Below, in pieces: positions 13,796 through 25,715 of a stretch of 64,000 nt of DNA. Every line of letters begins with the position of its first letter. Positions within the stretch are counted from its first letter, which is position 1. The stretch is from Octopus vulgaris (lineage: Eukaryota). The position numbers and the translations under genes were made by a program. The stretch spans positions 84,134,001 to 84,198,000 of the forward strand of contig OX597814.1 of NCBI GenBank assembly GCA_951406725.2, given 5' to 3'. The notes beneath the pieces were generated by a model. The model was not told where the DNA came from. It did no database searches and saw only the letters and a program-made list of their open reading frames with translations.

Positions 13796-13845
13796 CCTAT
13801 CTATCTGTCTGTCTGTCTGTTTGTCTGTCTATCTATCTATCTATA

Positions 13846-13891
<46 letters not shown>

Positions 13892-13895
13892 ACTA

Positions 13896-13961
<66 letters not shown>

Positions 13962-13994
13962 GACTGATAGTTAGATAGATAGATAGATAGATAG

Positions 13995-14061
<67 letters not shown>

Positions 14062-14153
14062 ATCTATCTATCTATCTACCTATCTGTCAGTCTGTCTGTC
14101 TGGCTGTCTACCTGTCTGTTTATGTGCCTATCTATTTGTATATATATAATATA

Positions 14154-14544
14154 CTAGCAGTATCGCCCGGCGTTGCTCGGGTTGTTTCGACCCTTTAGAA
14201 TTGGAATTTTTGAAAAGTAAAACTTTTGCATTATGTAGCTTGTTATTCTCTTTAAGTGAACATTTTTTTCTGGTTAAAATACACCGAAAAATGGCGACAC
14301 ACCAGTCAAAAAATCGTAAAAGATAGGGATCTTCATAGAAAAAAAGCACCTTTTTGATGTAAATAATTTTTGGTCTTAACATGGTCGGATTTGAATTTTA
14401 TCTTCTAAGAAATGAAGAGCAACCCTTCTTCTATCATACTCTCAATTTTGGTCAACTTGCGCCGCAGGGTCTTGGAGGAGATAGTGTTAGTTGAAGGCTA
14501 CCAAACCTGCCACACACAGCCAACTTCAGCTTTATATATATAGA
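14154..14544 (-). mobile_element. Non-autonomous Helitron (~391 bp)
   Basis: Minus strand starts A|TCTATATATATAAAGC and ends with the hairpin CCCGAGCAACGCCGGG, then CGATACTG and CTAG|T. Inserted between A and T with no TSD. Confidence 0.85.
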
Positions 14545-14633
14545 TATAAATATTTCAGGGTTGAAGATCTCTGTTCATCTAGGCATCTATTTTATCAGCC
14601 TACCTTTCGTATTCACACATTGAACTATGTACC

Positions 14634-14709
<76 letters not shown>

Positions 14710-14944
14710 AGTATATCTCTATCTAACTATCTGTCTATCTAGTTAGCTATCTGTCTGTATATCCATCAATCCACCTACATGTGTATATTTCATGTCTCTT
14801 CTCTCTCTCCTTCTCTCTCTCTTTCTCTCCCCTCCCTTTCTATACACACACACACACAGATAGATGCATACATACATATATACATCGAAAATCACACACA
14901 CGCATAAATGCATGCATACGTATAGGTGCATATATATATATAAT

Positions 14945-14989
<45 letters not shown>

Positions 14990-15483
14990 GTATGTATTAT
15001 GTATGTATACATGTATACATGTATGTATGTATATGTATATATGTGTATATATATGTATATATATATGTTCACAAACACGCACTTGCACGCATACACTTAC
15101 GCATAGAAACACGTAAACACCTATGTTTAATACTTCATTTTCATCTGATTCCTTCTATTTCCTTCATCATTTTACCTCCTCATTTGTCTTGCTAGGTAAT
15201 CTCAATCCCACCTGCAGCAATCTATACCCTTCTCCCCTTCATTCGACATAATTACCTCCCATTCACTTTCCTTCTTTATTTCTTTCTGTTTTTTTCTTTT
15301 TTCTTTTTCTGTTTTATCCTATTTATTGTAACTTGCTTCCTCACCTATAGCAAGCGAATGCATATGCATACACATAGATACGTGCATGCTCATACATTCA
15401 TGTGTGCCTATGCATGTGTGATTATGTGCCTCTTTGATGCACATATATATATATATATGCATGGATGAGTGTACGTATATATA

Positions 15484-15543
<60 letters not shown>

Positions 15544-15746
15544 TGTATGTATGTATGTATGTATGTATGTATGTATGCGTGCGGGATGAGAATTCATATG
15601 TGTATGTACGCTCATGTCCTCGATAACGTGTGCGTGTACATTTGAAAAATATGTCTATTTATATCGTTATATATCTATGAATATGTATGTATATAATATA
15701 TATATATATGAATATTGATAATTATATACATGGATATATATCTATG

Positions 15747-15889
<143 letters not shown>

Positions 15890-15959
15890 GAATATTGATA
15901 ATTATATACATGGATATATATCCATGTATATATATATATATATAATATCTATCTATCTA

Positions 15960-16009
<50 letters not shown>

Positions 16010-16116
16010 TAATATATATATATATATATTAGTAGTTATTTGTGTCTGCGTGTACACACGTTTGTGAATGTGTGTGTATATATATATATATACATAGATA
16101 CATACATACATACATA

Positions 16117-16172
<56 letters not shown>

Positions 16173-16537
16173 TCTAAGCATGTGTGTGTGCGTGTGTGTG
16201 AGTGTGTGTGTGCGTTTGTGCGAGTATGTATCTGAGGCACATTTTACTGGGATTAGAAGCAAAAATGCTTTCACTTATTTATGCTACTTTGTTGCTGTTG
16301 TTCTTATGTCTTGACGTTTGTTGTTGTTGTGGTGGTGGTTATGATGATGGTGGTAGTGGTGGTGGTGGTGTCGTCGTCATAGTCGTCGTGGCGGCGTAGT
16401 TGTCGTTGGATCCTCGTTTTCCTATAAATATGAAGCTTAAGGCGTATATAATAAAATCACCATCGCTATCATCATCACCATCATCGTCACCCTCAGCCTC
16501 CTCCTCTTCCTCCTCCATATCATAATCATCATCAACC

Positions 16538-16644
<107 letters not shown>

Positions 16645-16881
16645 CATCATCACCATCATCATCTACTCTATATTTAATATTACCAATCACTGAGTCCACC
16701 CCTACACCACACCTTCTGCTGACCTACATATATCTCTTGATCGTCTCACTTTATTCAATAAAATAAAACAAGCGGTTTTATGTTTCACAACGTCAGTGAT
16801 GATGATGGTGGTGGTGGTGGTGGTGGTGGTGGTAGCGGCGGCGACGACAACAACAACAACAACAACAACAGTAGTAGTAGT

Positions 16882-16959
<78 letters not shown>

Positions 16960-17270
16960 CGTGGCAGCAACAGCAGCAGTAGTAGCAGTATTAGTAGTGA
17001 TGAACATCATAAATGATGATAATGAAGATGATGATGACAGTGCTGTTGATCTGTGAGTCTGAATCTGTTGTCTGTAGATATGTACTTATATACAGACAAA
17101 TAAATGAAATATATACATCAAGATTAATCAGCCGAAATTGTTAGGATGATCCGGTTCTTAACTGAAGATTGAAGGCTTCGAATGTCCCGTCCGTGTTTTT
17201 TGTATCGTCTTCTAAATGTTTTACGTTCTTGTCCCAGTTTGCATTTTTCTACATATAATATATATATGTG

Positions 17271-17311
<41 letters not shown>

Positions 17312-17342
17312 ACGCATCTAAGCATGTGTGTGCGTATATATA

Positions 17343-18440
17343 CAGAGGTTGGACAAAATAATGGAAATCTTTAGCATCATACCACCATATTTTTGAAATA
17401 TCTATAAAACCGTCAAAATCTTGCTTATTTTCATATATTTTGATTTATTATTAGTGTTGCTTAATATATTTTGCTAATATCGCTGATTCTTTTCAGATAT
17501 TATCAGAAAAAAGGTAATTAAAATTCATTAAAATTGCAGATCTATCGGACTTTCAAAGATGACAAATTATTGGTGCTCATATGGTAGGTGCTAGCGTAAC
17601 GAAAATAGTCGAAATATTTGGTGTATCAAGAAGTACTGTCTCGAAAGTAATGATATCCTTTGCGAAAGAGGGAAAAACCTCGTCGAAACAAAACTCCGGA
17701 AGGAAACCAAAACTTTCAGATAGGGACCGTCGGACTCTAACGCGAATTGTTAGAAAGGATTATAAAATTACTGCGGAGCTTAATGACCACCTCGAGAACT
17801 CAGTTTCCACAAAAACTGTCCGCCGGCAGCTACACAAAGCTGGATTTCACGGGAGTGCTGCAATCAGAAAACCACTACTTTCAAAAACAAACGTTGCAAA
17901 GCGTTTAGAATGAAACAGAATCGGTCCCTAGAGCAGTGAAAAAATGTTATTTTCTCCGACAAGTTATCCTTTACCTTATTTCCAATCACTAGCCGATTAT
18001 ACGTGTGGAGACAGCCAAAAGAAGCATTTGACCCAGACTGCCTTCATCCTACTGTTAAACATGGAGGAGGATCTGTGATGATCTCGTGGGGGCTATATCT
18101 TGAAAATCCGCTTGAAAATCTCGTGGGGGCTATATCTTGAAAATCATGGCAGAAATAATAGTCAAGACTATTTAAGCATTTTATCTGATCAAATTCATCC
18201 TTTGGTTGCGGAACTGTTTCCGGAGGGAAACGCAATCTTTCAGGATGATAATGCACCAATTCACACAGCTAAAGTTGTTACTAAATGACACGATGAATAT
18301 TCTAGTGAAGTTGAACATCTTATCTAGCCACCACAGTCCCCATATCTCAATATTATTGAACATTTATGGTGTATTTTAGAAAAACAAGTAAGGAGTCGAA
18401 ATCCTCCATCATCATCCTTACAAGAACTGTTGACTGTCTT
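17343..18440 (+). mobile_element. Tc1-family transposon with DD36E transposase pseudogene, 3'-truncated
   Basis: TA followed by CAGAGGTTGGACAAAATAATGGAAA (putative left TIR). Translates DLSDFQR*QIIGAHMVGASV..GVSRSTVSKV..GRKPKLSDRDRR, VIFSDK, TVKHGGGSVM, FQDDNAPIH..PPQSPYLNIIEHLW, with several stops and frameshifts. No right TIR seen. Confidence 0.93.
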
Positions 18441-18469
18441 AAATTATTTAAATTAGAGCTTGAATTCTA

Positions 18470-18754
18470 CAAGGTATGGACTCGTACAAAGTTTGAATTG
18501 TTTCCAGCCTTGCAGAAATAGCAGCCAAATACATCCATACATCACCGTCTTAGAAAAGAACATATCTGATAATGTGGAAAAAAGAAACATTGTTCAGGAG
18601 TGGCTGTGTGGTAAGTAGCTTGCTTACCAGCCACATGGCTCCGGGTTCAGTTCCACTGCGTGGCACCTTGGGCAAGTGTCTTCTACTATAGCTTTGAGCA
18701 GACCAAAGCCTTGTGAGTGGATTTGGTAGACGAAAACTGAAAGAAGCCCGTATA

Positions 18755-18830
<76 letters not shown>

Positions 18831-19070
18831 AACATTGCTTGACAACTGATGCTGGTGTGTTTACGTCCCCGTAACTTAGCGGTTCGGCAAAAGAGAACGA
18901 TAGAATAAGTACTAGGCTTACAAAGAATAAGTCCTTGGGTCGATTTGCTCGACTAAAGGCGGTGCTCCAGCATGGCCGCAGTCAAATGACTGAAACAAGT
19001 AGAAGAGTAAATACTGTTGAATACATGCCTAATAAGTTAGGACTGACCTAAGGCTAAACAACAACAATGT
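18470..19070 (+). mobile_element. Degenerate family D repeat split by a SINE A insertion
   Basis: cagaaatagcagccaaat..accgtcttag..gataatgt (18513-18576) resumes as gactgacctaaggctaaacaacaac (19042-19066). Confidence 0.65.
18595..19010 (+). mobile_element. Full SINE family A (tRNA-derived head, internal (TA)n(TG)n, tail ccagcatggccgcagtcaaatgactgaaacaag)
   Basis: Box A-like tggctgtgtgg and box B-like ggttcagttcc; ggcaccttgggcaagtgtctt resembles the CORE domain; at least 6 other copies in the window. Confidence 0.92.
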
Positions 19071-19089
19071 CTAAGCTAATGTGTCAACG

Positions 19090-19310
19090 AGGTTGCTTTG
19101 TGCGTGATCATTCAGGATCCCTTGAAATAACAATCAGATATTCCGCTCTACAACCTTAAAAAGCGAAGGCTACATGACATAATGTAGTTCTTAATGTGAT
19201 GTGCCTGATGCTAAAACTAAAGGATGCAAAAACCGGAATGGTCATGACAAATGCCTTTGATCACAGGTCTGCTACATTAGATCTGACTTGGAACTGAATA
19301 ACAGTTACTA
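19090..19310 (+). mobile_element. Family D SINE-like repeat (other copies ~27740-27970, 36860-36950, 37830-38010, 39245-39620, 46660-46800, 47980-48175, 50620-50820, 53360-53555)
   Basis: Recurrent motifs gaaatagcagccaaatc, ataatgtagt and ggtcatg..aatgcctttgatcacaggtctgct..ctgacttgg in both orientations. Confidence 0.65.
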
Positions 19311-19409
19311 CTACTACTATTGCTACGTCCGTAAGGAGGGACGAAATATCAGAGGGTATTTTGTTTGGCGTGCTAACGATTCTAACGATGTCTTACAACG
19401 TTAATATCG

Positions 19410-19622
19410 CTTTCAAGTTTTAGCACAAGACCAGCAATTTCGGGAGAGGGGGTAAATCAATTACATCGACCATAGTGTTCAACTGGTATTTATTTTACCG
19501 GTCCCGAAATGATGAAAGGCAAAGTCAATCTCGGTTTAATTTATACTCAGAAGATAAAGACAGACGAAATGCTACTAAGCATTTTGCCTGACATGCCAAC
19601 AATTCTGCCAGCTCACCGCCTT
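19410..19622 (-). mobile_element. SINE family B (tail type 1)
   Basis: Reverse complement of the 22601-22812 copy. Confidence 0.85.
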
Positions 19623-20154
19623 AACATATATTAATATCAACAACACATAAAAACAGACATTATTATAGGCAACTCTTAATACCTAAAACAGACCACAACT
19701 AAAGCAAAGACAGGATGTTCAAACATAGAAAAAACTTTTTACCGCATATCTCCTCTGTTGGGGCATACCTGGGACTAAAGAACAATATAATAATATAAAG
19801 AACATCTAAAAAAAAAATCAGGCATTATCATAAGAATTTCCGTAAGCAGACCAACTCAATGAAATGAGGTAGGGGGGATTTTATTGATTTCAATACAAGA
19901 GAAAGCCTTTCTAAGGAAACCAGAATAAAAACTTCATAGTGTATTTTACAATGTTTCTCGCTTAACCTAACATTCAATCTTGGAATTTAAAGGTTCGTTT
20001 AACTTTTCCCTTTCAACTCTCATAAAGTGGAATCATTTCCTTTATTAAAATATTTCAGAACTTCTACAAAACTCATACCTTTGTATTTGCCCACCAATCT
20101 TAATCCCTACTTGTTGGTCTCACACACACACACACACACATACACACACACACA

Positions 20155-20186
<32 letters not shown>

Positions 20187-20236
20187 TACACACACACACA
20201 CACATACACACACACACGCAGATTCACACACATTAT

Positions 20237-20434
20237 ATTCTCTTTTATCTTTTACTTGTTTCTCTCATCGGACTGTGGCCATGCTGGGGCACCGATATGA
20301 AGGATGTAGTCAAACAAATCATCCTGAGTACTTGTTTTTTCAAGTCTAGTATTTATTATTTCGGTATCTTCAGCAGAACCACTAAGTTACAAGAGGTAAA
20401 TAGACCAGCATCGATTGCTAAGCGGTGGAGGAAG

Positions 20435-20486
<52 letters not shown>

Positions 20487-20626
20487 TCTGTATAACCTAT
20501 TCCCTCAGAAGGATTTGGTCGACCCTGACCTATTGTAGAAGATATTTGCCAAAGATGCCGCACAATGGCACTGAACCCGAAACGTGGTTGCAAGGTGAGC
20601 TTCTTAACCCGAGAGCCATGTTTGCG
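20237..20626 (-). mobile_element. SINE family A with internal (CA)n
   Basis: tttacttgtttc..ggccatgctggggcacc..aagttac..(CA)n..gaacccgaaac..ttcttaac..gccat. Confidence 0.85.
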
Positions 20627-20693
20627 AATCATTAAACCACCCCCATTTTTACGCAATTCCATCCTACCTTTCATAGCATGCAACCCTCTAGAA

Positions 20694-20879
20694 CAATGCT
20701 CTGCAACCTTTTATCACTTGCGGTACACTTATATTCTTTTCAAAATTTGGCGGCACACCAGAATTAAAAATATAACTAAAAGTGTAAGGGTAAAAATTAT
20801 ATTCAGGTTATACTGCGGCACACCTAACATCGTTTCGTGGTACACCAGTGTGCCGCAGCATACCGGTTGCGGAGCACTG
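20694..20879. mobile_element. hAT (Charlie-type) MITE with perfect 8-bp TSD
   Basis: TIRs caatgctctgcaacc / ggttgcggagcactg; TSD ctctagaa at 20686-20693 and 20880-20887; subterminal cggcacacc repeats. Confidence 0.92.
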
Positions 20880-22600
20880 CTCTAGAAGCTTTCAGCTTAC
20901 AGTTTGTCATTGCAGAAACTTTAAGGTCACTATCAAAAGAATTCATTGTAAATATTAGCCAGTGCCTATATATTTATTGATTTATTTATTTGCCTAACGT
21001 GTGCGGAAGTCATGTATATTATATATTTAGCATATTTAGTCTTTGTGTGAAATTAAAGTAAGACAAACTAATTATTTCTAATGGTAATCTTTATAGCCTA
21101 CTCAACGTGGATGTATTATCAGAACGCCGAATACTGCGGTATTCACCTTGAGAGAGCCTCTCATACGGATGCATTTATGTCTATGCTTGGAGCATAGTCA
21201 TATATATATAGATATACATAGATATGTTTATGCTTGGAGCATAGACATATATCGTTAACAGGAGAGAACCGTTTGGTATGAGCACTGGAACTGCCAGATC
21301 ACGTGATTTCATCTTACAGCGCTTCCGCTGTTACAGGTTCCGCTCACCACATACCACATCTCACTGTCAACGGTATAAAGAATAATAATGACTTTTCAGT
21401 CACTGGTATTGCAAATAGCCAATAGGCTTATCCAGACTGAGCAGGATCTAAAAAGTGCCATTCAATATCAATACTGTTTCCGCTGCTAATATTTATTAAT
21501 CATTTCTAGCATCATCTCTGGCTGCAAAACGCTTGTCTATTTAAACAACGAAACTAAATACTAAAAAACATATGCTTATTAAGCATATTGTCCGTTTTGT
21601 CCAACCAAAACCCACCCCTTCAAGGGTCTCTGCGTATCTCAGCAGATAATATATAGACATGGGCCATTGGCTAATTCATATTCTTTGTTGGTTTCAACGA
21701 TTGGACTGTATCCGTCTTTGCTTTCAACCTTCGAAGGAGTAAGTTATTATTTCCATCACAGTACACAAGATCTTACTGATCTTGGAGGGATGAAAGATAA
21801 AATCAATCTGAAGTGAATTAGAACTCAGAATGTAAAAGGACGTAGAACCTGATGCCCTACAGATTCTGTAATCCTCTGCAGTATATATATTTATCTCTGT
21901 ATGTGTATGTTGGTGTGTATTGGTGTGTGTGCGTTCACATGCAGGTATGTATGTATATGATGTGTTAGTTCGTGTGTGTGTGTGCTTGAAGCTAAAACTT
22001 CACGAATCGCAATTAAATTTAACTTTTATGATTATCAGCAGGCGATAATAGAAATAATAATCTTATATTCATATACAAAATAAAGATGTAGGCAAAAGAA
22101 TACATTTTAATTGACTTGTAGCAGTTAACAGTATTTTACAGAGTCTTACAGCATTCATCCGTTAGGAATTTGGAAATTATTCCATACAAATTTGAATTTA
22201 TAACGACAAAATACTGTAAGCTCAGAACGTGTATTAAGTATGGAACAGCCATATATGAAACTTTTCAAAGACGAAGACTATAACATTCCTTACATGTTCT
22301 AATATATCTCAAGCTTCTAATTCTCTTATTTTTCAAATCCCAAATTTATTTAGAAGTGTTGAATTTTTTAAAGAATTTCTAAGAGTTTCTTTCTCGATTA
22401 CATCTTAATTTGACGGGTCTTACAGTCAAACCAATATAAGCTTTAGAAACTCAATCATTACTTGTGAACTCGCAATAAACTATGTAATTCGAAAGACATA
22501 GATTAAGGGATAATTTTCGAAATTAATTCAATTACACAATTGATAAGGATTAAATACGGATAGTAGTCTTAGGTTTTTACTATTAATATATGCTATATCT

Positions 22601-22812
22601 AAGGCGGCGAACAGTCAGAATCGTTAACATGCTGGGTAAAATGCTTAGCGGTATTCCATCCGTCTTCACGTTCAGAGTTCAAATTCCGCCGAGATTGACC
22701 TTGCCTTACATCCTTTCGGAGTGGATAAATTAAGTACAATTTGAACACTGGGGTCGATTTAATCGACTTATCACTTCCCCGAAATTGTTGGCCTTGTACC
22801 AAAACTTGAAAG
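22601..22812 (+). mobile_element. Full SINE family B (tail type 1) with 17-bp TSD
   Basis: TSD taatatatgctatatct at 22584-22600 and 22813-22829. Confidence 0.93.
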
Positions 22813-23318
22813 TAATATATGCTATATCTGTGAAATTTTGGTGCGATGTTCGGAAATTATTTGTATACTAAATTAAGGAAACATTTAGCGATGTTTATAC
22901 GTTTATTTAACTAAATGGCAGAAACATGCAGTAAAATGTGCGTTTTCTGGGGACGGTGGGTTACTTATGAGAATTAATAATATCATTTTTACATAATTTT
23001 ATCTTCAAATTTATCGAGTTTTGAGGTTTAAAGCTTTAATAATGGGCTGCTTTATTTTAAGAAAATATATTTAATGAAATATCGGATATACCAATATTAT
23101 AAACCAAACTACTTATTTCATTTGGTTTCCTAAATGAGTGCCATTTGTTGGTTTGTAAATTTACCGTGGCATCTAAAATAGAAATTATTAACGTATTAGT
23201 ATCAATAATAAATGTTAGGCTTAATTCTTTATGTAGCTGTTTGAGAATATGTTTGAAATGATCTAACGTTTTAGCATGTGTGTATGTGTGTGTTTGTGTG
23301 TGTATATGTGTATGTATG

Positions 23319-23349
<31 letters not shown>

Positions 23350-24540
23350 ATATATATATATATGTAATATAATATATTATGTGTGTGTGCGTGCATGTGT
23401 GTGTATGTATGTATTACTTATAATCTTTCTACTCATCCTTTACAACCTTATTGTAATATACTGAATATATTGGTGAAAAATGTAAAGACCTCTGTGCTCA
23501 CTTAATTCAGCAAAAACTGAACTATCCTAGTCATGTCGAAAGAATTAGAGTAGTTTCTCTTTACTCGTAGGACATTATCGAAATGCATCTTATATGCATA
23601 ACTATTTTCTTGAATGACGCGTTATCTCTGGTAAGGATTAGTCTTTTCGCTTTTTAGCAACGATTTAATTACTTGAGAGTAAATTTTGATAATGTCAATC
23701 TGCGTAAATTTTAAACGATGCTTATTACTAACGGTATTAATCAATCCATTTTGTGTGTGTGTGTGTGTGTGGTAATTACAACCAGCATGCTTCAGAGCCA
23801 ACAGACAAGACCAAGTGACAGCAGAAGACAGTGAAGTGCGTTATCATGCAAACCAAACACTATTCAGATATCCTTGGCGGGAAGGGAGGAATGAGGGTAG
23901 GAAGGAATTGCGAGAGAAAAAGATGAAAGAAAAAAATGTTATCTGTAGTAGGTGCAACATACACTCATCACAATCAGCAAACATCATAAATTGACACCAA
24001 AAGGCTGTATGTGGCTTGACAAAACAAAGACAGCTCTGATAACTTAATAAGACAAAAAAGTATGGAAGAAATGAAGGAAGAAAGACAAAGTGGAGGAAAA
24101 GAAGAGAAAGATTGAAAGAAAGTTATAAAATGAAAGGAAAGAAATGAAACGTAGAAAGGTAAAAAGGAATATTTTTCATACAGAGTAATGAATAAGTCGT
24201 TTATTAGATTGGTTCATTAGAAGTACTGCATACAATTCCCATTTACATATGTAGTCCACGTGCTTATTGTTCTGTTGCTCCTCATGTATGTTGCATGGCG
24301 TGTTGAGATAGAATATTGTGGGTAGAATATGTACTTCTAAAGGTTTGCGTATTTTACAGTATTCGACAGATGTCATATATATATATATATATATATAAAG
24401 CAGCAATGTTCAAGTTACAAGAAAGACCCAGTGAAACAATTACAATGTAGCCAGATGTCACATAAGCGTCCTAGGAATTAGTGATCACACTTGCGTGGAA
24501 GTTAATTCCGGGGAGAAGCGAGACGTGTTTTGGAGAACAT

Positions 24541-24904
24541 AAGAATAATGGAAAATGAAGACAAACGGTCAAGATGCTATTTAAGTCATTTATATCACCA
24601 CATCACCGACATATATTTCGATAGATGAATTAAAATAAATCTAAGAGGATGAATAATGTGGAACAATGCATCAATCTTATGAGGGAGGATATAAAAAACA
24701 GTGTGCATCAATAAGTCATTTTAGCGGATCTTATTGATGCACACTGTTGTTTATATTCTCCCTGATGAGATTGATACATTGTTCCACATTATTCATTCTC
24801 TCGGGTTTATTTTAATGCATCTATCGAAACATATATCGGTGATGGGGTGATATAAATGATTTAAATAACATCTTGAGTATTTGTCTCCATTTTCCATTAT
24901 TCTT
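24541..24904. mobile_element. 364-bp palindrome (175-bp arms, 14-nt spacer); probable inverted pair of Penelope-like pLTRs
   Basis: 24541-24715 is the reverse complement of 24730-24904 with scattered substitutions; each arm carries a hammerhead-like core; (TA)n follows the right arm. Confidence 0.8.
24757..24842 (+). ncRNA. Type I hammerhead ribozyme (degenerate)
   Basis: Stem I TCTCC/GGTGA; core CTGATGA 24762-24768; stem II gattgatacatt/aatgcatctatc; GAAAC 24826-24830; loop ATAT; ATC (GTC in the other arm), cleavage position after 24837. Confidence 0.65.
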
Positions 24905-24929
24905 TTATATATATATATATCGGCAGGGG

Positions 24930-25062
24930 TATAAGACGGCGCCGGGCAAAATACTTTGCGGCATTTTGTCCGTCTTTATGTTCTGAATTTAAATGCCACC
25001 GAGGTCGACTTTGCCTGTCATTCTTTCGATTTCGACAAAATAAGTACTAGTTGAGGACTAAG
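24930..25062 (+). mobile_element. Partial SINE family B
   Basis: cgccgggcaaaat..gaggtcgactttgcc..aaaataagtactagttgag. Confidence 0.75.
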
Positions 25063-25657
25063 AATATGCCGCTTTACGAAAACCTTATCTATTTCACAAA
25101 AATTCATTCAATATATTCATATGCCAGAAGGCTAATGTACAATAGTTAATTTTTCGTACTGAAAAAATTGAACCTAGTTCTGTGGGTCAATAACGTATAA
25201 ATCAATTCTGTAGAACTGTTTCAAGTCCTGAAACTCACAGGGCTGGTTACCATGGCGTATAAGTGACCGAGATCACGACAGTCCTTCAAGAAAGGTTCGT
25301 GGGAAACCAGTCACAATTTCAGCAATATCAAGGAAAACAAACGAAGGTCAGAAAGATCTAAAAGGATTAAATTCTTTGACCCGCTAATTTGAATAACATT
25401 TTTTGTACACAGTAATTACCAGTTCCCTGAGTGCATGTATTATGGGTGTTATGAATGTGTAGTTAACTATAATTAAAAAACGTATGTGATGCATACGTCT
25501 ATAAACATGCAATTCGTGAGCAGCATGTTTTAGTTGTAAACAGTTTCGTTTCTGCAAGCAAAATAGGTTTTAAGTCACATGCATTATATGCATAAATTTG
25601 TATGTATGAATGCATGTATATATATATGTGTGTGTGTGTGTATACATACATATCTAT

Positions 25658-25715
<58 letters not shown>

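Noticed and set aside
17118-17250. ctgaaga..cgaat and ccgaaa motifs suggesting a hammerhead
   Set aside because: No GAAA after the core and no convincing stems; may be a repeat fragment but cannot be assigned
18595-18665. tRNA-like box A/B sequences (also 33782 and 44938)
   Set aside because: SINE heads; no complete cloverleaf, so not called tRNA genes
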